Source: Oopsacas minuta (lineage: Eukaryota; Animalia; Porifera). Taken from it: 64,000 nt of DNA. The stretch is from NCBI GenBank assembly GCA_024704765.1, contig JAKMXF010000299.1, positions 186,001 through 250,000 of the forward strand, read 5' to 3'. Made by a program: the position numbers and the translations under genes. The notes beneath the pieces are model-generated. The model was given only the letters and a program-made list of their open reading frames with translations. It did no database searches and was not told the DNA's origin. Below, piece by piece: positions 41,577-51,319 of the stretch (positions are counted from its first letter, which is position 1; each line of letters opens with the position of its first letter).

Positions 41577-44237
41577 TTAGGAGTTTAATCCTGGGTTCTT
41601 TGCACGTTCTTGCTTAATCTGGTTCGCATCCCAGCAATAATAATGTACAATACTACCGTTATTAGCGTTCCATGCAAACGCACTATCACCCAATTTCTTC
41701 TTACAATGATCACATATAGTATCATCTGTTATATGATAGAATGTGCCTTCTGATCTAATACGCTCACGCTGTACTTGTACGTGCTGGGCGAATATTAAGG
41801 ATTTTGTTACTTGATTTGTTCTACGCTCTTTCGATTTCTTCTCCAGTACGCTAGTTAGGAAAACTTGTAGATCTCTAAGGGGAGTGTCTGGGGGTAAAAG
41901 ATTCAATACTTGACTAGTATCGATTACTTCATGGTACTTTGAGAGTAATGCAAGAGCAGATTTCATGTTTGACTCAAGTTTATCACGTCTAGGTGATTCT
42001 ATACCCAATTTTTCAAGATCAGGCGTTATTAAATACATTTTCATAAGTAGTAAGTATATGTCACGAAAATGCGGATAGTTCTTCTCACAGTAATCCTCTG
42101 CTAATGATGGAGATCTGAGTATGTATGCATATATTGCTAAAGCAGGTTCATGTCTTTCAAGTCTACCAAGTAGTAGAGCTCGTTCTTCATACAAATCACC
42201 TTGTGGGAATGATGATATTAATTTCTCAGGCTTGTAGTGTTGAGAATTTTCTAGAAAACTAATCAATTCTCTCCGTATACTCCCTAGTCCACCAGGTTCT
42301 TGCCCAGCCTTTGGTCTCTCTTCAAATTTCTTCCCTTTATAAGGTTCTAATAATCTTAATACTTCTGATTTATAACAGAGAACAAGTTCGTTATGGAAAT
42401 GACTTTTGGTTTCTCCCCAATTGATCATTATTGCTTTCAAATAAGGAATAACTAAGCCCTTATTTTCGTTCTTAATAAAATCGAGTACTATCTCTCGATC
42501 TAAATACTCAACTTCTTGTATATCCTCTGTGAATATTTTCAATCCTTCTTCTGGAGTTTTTCCTAGCACCCATTTAGAAAATTGTAGAATAAGTGGCAGA
42601 TGATTTGGCCCTAGTTTCTGAAGATAGTCAATGGTATGCGCTGGACCACATAAAGGTGCTTGAGATTGATGGTGGCAAGACATTAACAAATTCAGCGATT
42701 TTTTATGTTCACCTTTCGTATTATACAATTGAATCAATTCTGGTAATTTTGATTTTCTTTTCAAAATACGTTCACTCTCCACAAGGAATAGATAATTATC
42801 TTTTAGTCGTACTAACGGTCCAATTAACGACTCATTACACTCTGCATAGCACTTCAATAATGTAGTATCGATTATCTGTAACATATCTATTGTGGGAGTA
42901 TCCGTCTCACCAGGTTTCAACTTTTCTTTATACAAATTCCGTTGTTGCATTAGATACTGAGTAAGTACGTCCATAGCTTGGCTAAGATCCTTGCCAGTAA
43001 GCGGTGGAGGTTCAGCAGGATGTTTACGTTTCAGACGAATAGCATCAGGCAATAGTTTAGGGTATAAACTGATGACGTCAATTGGGTCTGCCTGTATCTG
43101 AGAATATTTTTCTAGAGACTGTTCAAATTCATGTTGAGTGAAAAGAGAAAATGCTTGTAGACGTTTAATATGCAATACTTGCCCTTTCTTTTCTTCAGGA
43201 GTGCCTTCAAGCATTTCAGCTAACAATAATCCAACACTAAAATGTTTCGATTGTATAGCAGTTTTCAGTTGTCTGTGTATAGCTATAGGTTCCAATCTCC
43301 AAATAAACTGAGCAGATGCGACATAAGCATGTTCCGCGTTCACAATACATTTCGGGCTTTCTGGTAACATAAGCGTTTGTATGCGAAACGGATTCGTATC
43401 CTCAACAGCTCTGACCTCTATCATTTTATTCAAAAGTGCTACGTAATACGGGTATGAGTATATAAAATCGAGGGGAATATCTCCCCATGATATTGTGTAC
43501 TTACGGGAGGGCTGACCATGAGAACTAAGAAAATGAGTTTTATCGTCCTTACAGATCGCTACCTCATCGTTATCTACATTCTTTACTAGCGGTTCGGAGC
43601 GTACATGTCCAAGAGGGAAGATTTCCTTAATCTGTAAGCTTGATTTTACAGGAACAAAGAAATATTCTTTTTTCACTCCCACAAATACTGCATCACACTC
43701 TTTATTCCACACTACACATCTAGCAGAATCTGTGAGATTCTGTTCACCAAGGTGTTCCCATGTACGTTCCTTAGCACGGGCATGTGGCCCACCTTTACCC
43801 GATAGAAAGAAGAATACGAGTCGTTTCTTCTCCGCGAGGCAAAGCGTGAGTTGCCGCACACCTACGTCTTCTGTAGTGACAGAGATCGCGAATAAATGAC
43901 ACGCTCTATTACGAATAGATAGATCAGTTGGTGTGAGTTGATCTAAGTTATGAACAAGAAGTTCTCCATCTGTCAAAGCGAAAAGTAGCCGAAATTCTGT
44001 TGAAACTGCCATTTGAATTATAGGTTTTTTAGAAATACCACGAGCAGTGTTTTTCAATTCAGGCTCAAAAAGATCTTCTCCTTTCTCTTGGAATATTTTC
44101 TGGTTATTAGATGCGATGTAGTAGCCAAGAATGTGACCTTCTTTTGTACCCACGGCTAGCCAATCGCCCCATGTTGTCATGGACTCTACAGTGAGGGGAA
44201 GCTTCTTCAAGATGGGAACAAGTTCAAATGTGTCCAT
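41577..44237 (-). CDS. VPS39: Vam6/Vps39 HOPS subunit, intronless
   Basis: 886-aa ORF; N-terminal CNH, IIDTTLLKCY, FHNELV, LYEERALLLGRLERHEPAL, C-terminal CDHCKKKLGDSAF zinc finger. Confidence 0.95.
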   Translation of the reverse strand: MDTFELVPILKKLPLTVESMTTWGDWLAVGTKEGHILGYYIASNNQKIFQEKGEDLFEPELKNTARGISKKPIIQMAVSTEFRLLFALTDGELLVHNLDQLTPTDLSIRNRACHLFAISVTTEDVGVRQLTLCLAEKKRLVFFFLSGKGGPHARAKERTWEHLGEQNLTDSARCVVWNKECDAVFVGVKKEYFFVPVKSSLQIKEIFPLGHVRSEPLVKNVDNDEVAICKDDKTHFLSSHGQPSRKYTISWGDIPLDFIYSYPYYVALLNKMIEVRAVEDTNPFRIQTLMLPESPKCIVNAEHAYVASAQFIWRLEPIAIHRQLKTAIQSKHFSVGLLLAEMLEGTPEEKKGQVLHIKRLQAFSLFTQHEFEQSLEKYSQIQADPIDVISLYPKLLPDAIRLKRKHPAEPPPLTGKDLSQAMDVLTQYLMQQRNLYKEKLKPGETDTPTIDMLQIIDTTLLKCYAECNESLIGPLVRLKDNYLFLVESERILKRKSKLPELIQLYNTKGEHKKSLNLLMSCHHQSQAPLCGPAHTIDYLQKLGPNHLPLILQFSKWVLGKTPEEGLKIFTEDIQEVEYLDREIVLDFIKNENKGLVIPYLKAIMINWGETKSHFHNELVLCYKSEVLRLLEPYKGKKFEERPKAGQEPGGLGSIRRELISFLENSQHYKPEKLISSFPQGDLYEERALLLGRLERHEPALAIYAYILRSPSLAEDYCEKNYPHFRDIYLLLMKMYLITPDLEKLGIESPRRDKLESNMKSALALLSKYHEVIDTSQVLNLLPPDTPLRDLQVFLTSVLEKKSKERRTNQVTKSLIFAQHVQVQRERIRSEGTFYHITDDTICDHCKKKLGDSAFAWNANNGSIVHYYCWDANQIKQERAKNPGLNS

Positions 44238-44544
44238 CCCAAACTTTGTATACAGAATAAACTAATCTTAGATAAGTTTAGGCAGTTATGTTGCCTATTT
44301 ATATACATATAGTTATGAGGATACTGTGAGTATTGAGGCCCTAACATATGAATCCGTTAAATAAATGTTGATATTTATGAAACAATAATACAATAAACAA
44401 ATGACAATCAACAGGGACTAAAACTCAGTCACTGGCTCAAGAGGATAACAACTTTTCGTAGTCAAATTATATGTAACCATAAAGTACAGTATCAGATGGA
44501 TAGTAAAACTAGTGGATCAGTATTGATGTGATTTGTTATCAAAA

Positions 44545-44716
44545 GACAAATGTCCGAAGTAATGGATATATTGAACGACACTGCTTTATTAGTTGAGGAA
44601 TTAGGCGGTGATAATCCATCCAGGCTCGAATCTCCACTCCAAATTAAAACAGCTGACGCAGAAATACCTGAGGCAAAACAAGCTGACCTAATTCTATTCA
44701 GTCCAGCTAGCTTGTG
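44545..44716 (+). CDS. Probable internal exon of an unresolved plus-strand gene
   Basis: Open segment QMSEVMDILNDTALLVEELGGDNPSRLESPLQIK..PASL ending in a T/GTAAGT donor; ORF continuation past 44760 is derived from the repeat element. Confidence 0.4.
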
Positions 44717-44761
44717 TAAGTTACCGTCCAAATTGAGTATTTGGCACTGCCAAACTTGTCA

Positions 44762-45044
44762 GAGTGGCAGTGGTCCTCCGGGTGAGCTGTCCCCCCGGAC
44801 TTGTGGCACTAGGGTGATATGTCCCCCGGACCTCTGGCACTAGGGTCAGTAGTCCGGGGGACATCTGACCCAAAGTGGGGACTACTTACCCTAGTGCCAG
44901 AGGTCCGGGGGGACACTCCACACTAGTGCCATTCGTCGGCGGGACTCCTTGCCCTAGTGTCACTAGTCCGGGGGACATTTGGCCCTAGTGCCACTAGTCC
45001 GGGGGGACAGAATTTAGGGAGGACACATGACACTACCACACCGG
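44762..45044. mobile_element. GC-rich foldback-like element with inverted arrays of a 25-bp subterminal repeat
   Basis: Units GTCCCCCGGACYWSTGGCACTAGGG forward at 44789 and 44821; reverse at about 44846, 44889, 44921, 44952 and 44983; imperfect terminal similarity GWGTGGYAGTG..GTCCTCC..CTGTCCCCCC. Confidence 0.7.
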
Positions 45045-46195
45045 TATAGAATGCATATATAAAGCTTCCTCGGATTTAGCGACCTTTTTTTGCCTGCCCA
45101 AACGAGTGTCGTTAAATCCAATGTTTACTGTATATCAAATTTTCTTCACCTCTTTTATGAGTATATTTATACACATATGATGAAAACTGTAACTTGTACG
45201 TCTTTGCCGTTAGTTTCATAATAAATATAGTTGCACGATTTGGGAGCATATTGAATTGACTGGTTTGTGTAATTGAAGAGCAACAAAGGAAATCTCGAAA
45301 AATAATTCAAATAATAGATTGATTGAGGTATGCGAATTAAAATACATACAAAAATTGAATACTTCATAATAGTAAAAATACATTAATTATACGGAAATAA
45401 GGAAGGAGTTAGCAAAGAGAGGGAATGGTTGGGGACTAATACCATGAGGAGTAGTATCGTAGTGTACAGGAGGGTAGCATGTATGATAAATGCTATACTG
45501 TTGATGTAAGGAAGTAGTGGCTACAGGAATGTGAGGTTGTTGTGTATCCATAGATTGTGTCATCTGTTCCTTTTGTTGTTGCAGGAAATATTCCCAAATC
45601 TCAGATAGAGCAGGAGTAGAATGAGGGACTGAGTAATGGACTTGTACATCTTACCAGTCCAATATCTCATTGCCTGTCCCTATGTCCATTGCCTCATACT
45701 CTGGATCTATGTCAATAGGCGAGGTTTCAGGAGCTGTATGCTGTTCTGGTACCAGATCTTGTTCCATAGTGCTAATGTTATCTTTCCTAATTTACAAAGT
45801 GTAATCAATCAATTTGGATAAATAACTTTGAAGTCAAACAGAGTATTTCCCTGAATAAGCGCCAGATCACTTATGTCACAATACGAACGCAATCAATACC
45901 AAGAATACGAGATTATGAGCGAACACAGAGAGGATATTCATAATATCATATATTCAAGTCACTGGATTGACTCACACCAGCAGGAAATGGACAACTCTTT
46001 GCTTACTTCAGAAAGTGGATTAATACAATTAGCTTTTCGGAAGAGGATGGTAGTTTATATGGTTATGAAGAGGATGATATTGTAAGCACGGAAATTGCTA
46101 TTTTGCTTCTAGCAATAATTGAAAATGATTTTGTTTTGGAAAAGAAATTTCACTTGATCGGCAACACGTACCAACCCGTCAACGTACCAGTGTTG

Positions 46196-46692
46196 TTATG
46201 CTGTTTTTGACGTACCAGTGTTGTGGAACACTCTATCCACATTCAAATGAAATTAAGCTGATGTTTCTATGTATTCTCCCCACAGCATGGAGGCGATTGT
46301 CTCTCCCTCCTTAGAGGAGATCCTCCTAGATTCGGACAGATCCATCTTGTTGCCTACAACCAAGAATGGGATGGATAGATTTACTTATCTCTTGATGTCT
46401 TTTTGTATTTCCTTGATTTCCTGCAGACTGAATCTATCTATGACAGAGAACACCAACAGATAGCCGTCACATTGATGGTAGAACTCTTCCCGAATAATTC
46501 CACACTCATCAGTTCCTGCTGTATCCAGGATCTGTAAGATGTATAAACTGTCCTCCACTCTAGCCGGAGCCTCGTATACCTCCTCTATTGTAGGAGTATA
46601 TCCACACACGAATTCAGTAAAATGAGACATGTCTTACCAACAGTACCTACTCCTAACACGAGGATTTTAATCTGTTCCCTCTTCATTTTCAT
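46196..46692 (-). pseudogene. Intronless Ras-family small GTPase pseudogene
   Basis: G1 GVGTVGKT, then frameshift; YTPTIEEVY, ILDTAG, in-frame TAA (KR*), VGNKMD, ETSA* (TAA at the SAK Lys), then a further frameshift near FH-TLVRQ. Confidence 0.85.
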
Positions 46693-46867
46693 TCACTATT
46701 CTGTTGAATAATTATATTATTCAGCAACACTCATTTATAACTTTTCTAGGATTTAAACCACTTTCGGTCGAGGGATCGCTCGAAACCACTTTTCACGAGT
46801 TTCAACATCAGTAGGAAAGGAAAAAGTAGGCACATATGAATCACCTTGACTGTGATAATTCGACTTA

Positions 46868-48179
46868 CAGGGTGTCTAATAAGTTCTGTTATACATTTTC
46901 GCGCCTTAGACAGTAGCTATTAATATACTTATGAAGTAATCTTCTAGAATTTCTTGTAGCATTTTTGGCGCCCTTTCAAATTATACCAAGTATATATCAT
47001 TCAAGTTGATGATTTCCCAGAAAATCATGTTAGAAGAAATTCGTTCAAAAATTGTCACTTTTCACGAATCTGGATTTAGCAATAGTGAAATTCTAAAAAG
47101 GCTAAAAAATGATAAAGTGAATCCCATGTTGATCTATCGCACAATAAAACGATATATAGAGACTGGCAGCGTGTCCGACAGGAAACGAATTGGTCGTCCA
47201 AGATCCGCCCGCACACCAGCCCTGAAGAATAGTGTTAGATGTCGAATCCTAAGAAATCCCCGGCGTTCAATGCGAAAAATGTCTCGTGAATTCTGTGTCA
47301 ATCACGAAACGATGCGGAAATTGGTTGTAGAGGACCTAGGAATGAAGTCCTATAAGCGGAAAAACGTACACCATCTTAACGACTCCATACGTCGTAAGCG
47401 ACTCGAAAGATGCATACAACTAAAAGCCCGATTCGCTCCTGGGACTGAAGATCAGATTCTCTTCTCAGATGAGAAGCTGTTCACCGTTGAGGAGGCAAGC
47501 AATCGTCAAAACGACCGTATACTTGCTTCTCGAAGTCAGGATATCCCAGATAGCATCAAGTACATTGATAGAGTCCAGAAGCCTCTTTCTCTGATGGTAT
47601 GGGCGGGAGTGTCGGCAGACTCACGGACAAACCTGATTTTTGTCCCCCAAGGAGTGAAAATAAACTCCCAGACGTACAGAGAACTGGTCTTGGAGCCTGA
47701 AATTGCGTCTGCGGGTGAGAATCTCTTTCAAAACCATCCTTGGACTTACCAACAAGACTCTGCGCCTGCACATGCTTCAAAAGTATCCCAGAGTTGGTTC
47801 CGTGAGCAAAATATCGATTTCATAAGTAAGGATGAATGGCCACCATCAAGCCCAGATTTAAACCCACTCGACTATTCTGTTTGGGCAAACTTGGAGAGCA
47901 GGGCCTGTGCGAAATCTCACAAGAGTTTGGAGTCCCTCAAAGTTAGTTTGTTGAGCGAATGGCGGAAAATCCCACAGGAGGAGCTGCGAAAAGCTGTCCA
48001 TCAGTTTCGGAGCAGACTAACTTCCGTAATTCATAAAAAGGGAGGCTATATTGAATGATATTTGTAATTTGTAATTAGGAACATAAGTCCTAAGAAAATA
48101 GAAAGTTTCATGGCTTTACAATGGATAAATTTGAAATTATTGGGGAATTGATATATAACAGAACTTATTAGACACCCTG
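46868..48179 (+). mobile_element. Full-length Tc1/mariner transposon, DD37D (maT) family
   Basis: Perfect 26-bp TIRs CAGGGTGTCTAATAAGTTCTGTTATA, TA target-site duplication on both sides, 1312 bp. Confidence 0.95.
47009..48058 (+). CDS. DD37D transposase, intact
   Basis: N-terminal HTH region; FSDEK, QQDSAPAH, SPDLNPLDY with 37 residues between the second and third Asp. Confidence 0.95.
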   Translation: MISQKIMLEEIRSKIVTFHESGFSNSEILKRLKNDKVNPMLIYRTIKRYIETGSVSDRKRIGRPRSARTPALKNSVRCRILRNPRRSMRKMSREFCVNHETMRKLVVEDLGMKSYKRKNVHHLNDSIRRKRLERCIQLKARFAPGTEDQILFSDEKLFTVEEASNRQNDRILASRSQDIPDSIKYIDRVQKPLSLMVWAGVSADSRTNLIFVPQGVKINSQTYRELVLEPEIASAGENLFQNHPWTYQQDSAPAHASKVSQSWFREQNIDFISKDEWPPSSPDLNPLDYSVWANLESRACAKSHKSLESLKVSLLSEWRKIPQEELRKAVHQFRSRLTSVIHKKGGYIE

Positions 48180-48707
48180 TATATTATACGTTACGCAAGT
48201 ATATTTCATTATTCACTATAAAATATCATTTCTCAAAGCCAATATGTATTTTAATAACACTGGATAGATAAGATCAATTTACTTGATTAGATTAGCTATT
48301 CTAAGCTTAAAATTATTAAATTGCATGTCAAACAGACCCACAAAAGCCACACCAGACTCGTATCATCTTATATATCTGTAATATTTCTAACAAATGTGCG
48401 GATAATACTGCTTTACTTCTTTGATAATTTCCTTGTGTTTAATTTCATTCACTTAAGTATTAGTAATTTATATAATTGAATTATTTGTATAATCTTATTA
48501 ATATTTTAAACATTAATTACTTGCCCGCCTTTAATAATTTAATTAAATTCCTTTAACCCCTTATGGTATCCAAGTTGATCGTAGTTTTTAATAAGTTTTT
48601 GAGTGTATTTAATTATTATGAGAAGTGTATGGGATTAGTTAAGTTATTTCTGTAAAAATTGTATTAATTTCTTAGGAATGTAAATTGCATTCAGAAAGTA
48701 TAACGTA

Positions 48708-48866
48708 CAGTGGAACCCCGCTTAACGGCCACCCCAGAATAGCGGCCACCTCGATATACCGACCACTGTTTAAAGTCCCGTTTAATATACTATAGACATT
48801 AACAAGTTTCACAATTACGGCCATTTTTCTCGGTCCCGTGGGTGACCGTATTTCCGGGTTCCACTG
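48708..48866. mobile_element. MITE, CAGTGGAACCC family
   Basis: CAGTGGAACCC / GGGTTCCACTG, TA flanks. Confidence 0.8.
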
Positions 48867-48927
48867 TATATAAATTTAGAGATTGGTTATTTTGTATATT
48901 AATTAATTAATAATTATTAGGAGTATA

Positions 48928-49044
48928 CAGTAGACTCCGTTTAATAGTGTTGGTTCTATTAACCGGAGTATTTAACACTATTTGTATGGTTCTGTTTCTT
49001 GTCAAGTGACCCGATTAACCGTGGTTATATTAAGCAGAGTACTG
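48928..49044. mobile_element. MITE, CAGTAGACTC family
   Basis: CAGTAGACTCCGTTTAATA / TATTAAGCAGAGTACTG, TA flanks. Confidence 0.6.
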
Positions 49045-49279
49045 TACTACAAAATACTGGATAATTTTAACTTTTACAAGTACAAATTTCCATCTTCATT
49101 TGGTGTTAGCATTACCAAGATAGTCTACACGATTAAAGCTTCATTGAGCGATTTATATAATACATACTTCATTATAATGAAATTTATATACAAGTCAAAT
49201 GATGTCAATTGTCCTAATTCGAGATTGACTTAGACGTATGTTAATCCGTTCAAATAGCTCACGTAAAGGGTTTAACGTA

Positions 49280-49407
49280 CAGTAATTTCTTCAGGAAGTG
49301 AACACCCTGGGGACCAGTCAAAATATACACATACGTAAGGTGTTCTGTTTGTAGCAATGATAACATTTGGCACCGAGAAAAGTATTCATCTTTTATAGGT
49401 TTTACTA
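49280..49407. mobile_element. Degenerate CAGTAA-terminal MITE
   Basis: TA-CAGTAATTTCTTCAGGAAGTGAACACC left; GTATTCATCTTTTATAGGTTTTACTA-TA right. Confidence 0.45.
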
Positions 49408-49471
49408 TAGTATCCATTTAATACATGCACTTGTACTTGGCTAGTGTATATCTATAATTCATGCCACATAC

Positions 49472-49680
49472 CAGTGACGGACACTGGAAATTATTGAGGG
49501 GGTGCTCAAAACAAATTACATAATTATCAAAATTTCGTATCGCTGTGTTTTCAACTTGATCACAATTCATAAGTTTACTTTCTTCATCATTATCAAGCTT
49601 GAATAATATTTTGTTCACGAACTAATGAAATCACACTTTCACCGAAAATATTGGCCCCCACTAGCTAGTATCCGCCACTG
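49472..49680. mobile_element. hAT-type non-autonomous element with perfect 8-bp TSD
   Basis: TIR CAGTGACGGA / TCCGCCACTG (9 of 10 match); CCACATAC at 49464-49471 and 49681-49688. Confidence 0.85.
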
Positions 49681-49704
49681 CCACATACCATAAATCATAC
49701 AGTT

Positions 49705-50078
49705 ATGTTAATGAGTTTATTCGCTATTGTGCTTTTGTTTTTCCTTGCACATTCATTCACGATACAAATGTAATTACTAAAAAGTTGAGTTTCCGTATTC
49801 GCATATATTATTAAATTAATAATATTACACAGGTGGAGACGAAACGTGCTCAACCAAAGGATGGAACCGTTCCAAGGCCGAAGAAACCTGATAGAGGTGA
49901 GCTATTAAATTAGAGTACTTGCACTGTCTGATTTTTCTACCAATTTTGAGTGTGTTACCTGTCCGAAAGTGGAAAGATGTATCGTTATTTTGTAATCCAG
50001 ACTAATACTAAAATAAGCTACGTCTCACTTAAACATAATCTCCTAAATATCTTACTTCCTCCGCTAAAGTTGTATTAC

Positions 50079-50136
<58 letters not shown>

Positions 50137-50546
50137 ATTCAAATTAATGAACGAATATACTATTACAGAAATAAATATGAACTAACCAACACATACAAAA
50201 TAGATAAACAATGAACAACCAAACAATCAAGTAAGCAAATGAGAAATCATGCATACAAACAAATAAATAATGAATAAACAAACAAAACAAAACCAACGAA
50301 CAAACAAACCAACGAACAAACAAACAAATAAACAAACAAACAAATAAACAAACAAACAAACTAACTAACTACCACAATATATCTATATAGAATGCTACCT
50401 GGACTATAATGATGGAAATGCTAGCGAGTATCGATTCATGGGATACTATCCTCAGGAGCCTTACTATAGCATCTATAGTCCCTACTATAGAAAATTTGTA
50501 CATTATTTCCCTTACTTCCCTACCGGATCACCTGATCAAGTCTATA
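49705..50546 (+). CDS. Candidate small three-exon gene (signal-peptide frame or Tyr/Pro-rich frame)
   Basis: Exons 49705-49769, 49833-49896, 50391-50546 with canonical GT/AG sites; two frames stay open through all three. Confidence 0.5.
50081..50135. repeat. (CAA)18 microsatellite
   Basis: Perfect trinucleotide run. Confidence 0.95.
50225..50365. repeat. Degenerate (AAAC/AAAT)n tetranucleotide tract
   Basis: Runs of AAAC, AAAT, AACC, AACG. Confidence 0.8.
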
Positions 50547-51319
50547 GTAAGTTAATTTATTGGTTATTCAATGTACAGTGGTGTTCGCCTATTATCAAGT
50601 TGGTTGTGTTAGTCAGATTCGTTTCATAATTTGCCAGTATACATGCGAATAGTGAATTGTCCCGATTTTTGGCGGTCAGACGCAGCCCCAAGCCTGCCTT
50701 CTAAAAAATCTGTGATCAACTTTGATATCCACCTTGTCCAACCCAGATATGAGGAATAACTATTTACATTTGTATATTGGAATGAGAAGAAATTATTTTT
50801 GAAATTTCATTCCACGTTTATTCAGGGACCTAAAGTATAGGCTCGAAAGCCCTTCATTCGGGCGAACACAGGCCTGAGCCCGGTTCGGTCAAACCAACCA
50901 AAAGTCCGAGCTTCAATGGACGGGTATCAGAACTCGGGCCGGGTTTCCTACCTTAACAGGCATTACTTGGCTCTGTTTGGCTAGAATGGAGTATATACCC
51001 ATTATACTAGTACCAATTAATTATTAATTATCATTTTAGTGTTGTGTGCTATGTCAGAGGAGGAGGGGCAGCAAGCTTATTGGCCAAATGTAAGTCGTTT
51101 AACATTTACTTTATTACATTAATTAAACCAGGGATGTTAGTATAACTTCATAAGACTATTCTTTATGAATAATGAGAATTGCTTGCTTTGGTTAGTACGA
51201 ATTCTGCATATAAACAAATTCTAGGATCTCTTTGAGTTTGTGCTAATTAGTTTACACATTTTAAATGTGAAATCTTACTCAATAGATTATTGCACGGCCA
51301 ATTATGGCATAGGTAATTA

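Noticed and set aside
44762-45044. Regularly spaced 25-bp repeats resembling a CRISPR array
   Set aside because: Units switch orientation, spacers are only a few bases, there are no cas genes, and the context is eukaryotic.
46196-46692. TAA at expected Lys/Gln positions suggesting stop-codon reassignment
   Set aside because: Many intact genes here end in TAA, and the same ORF also has frameshifts, so it is a pseudogene.
49950-50359. Poly-Gln ORF and hydrophobic FVCL-repeat ORF
   Set aside because: Translations of the (CAA)n and (AAAC)n microsatellites.
50837-50950. GC-rich patch with GCCCG/CGGGC motifs, possibly an old hAT remnant
   Set aside because: Termini are too degenerate and there is no TSD; it cannot be supported as an element.
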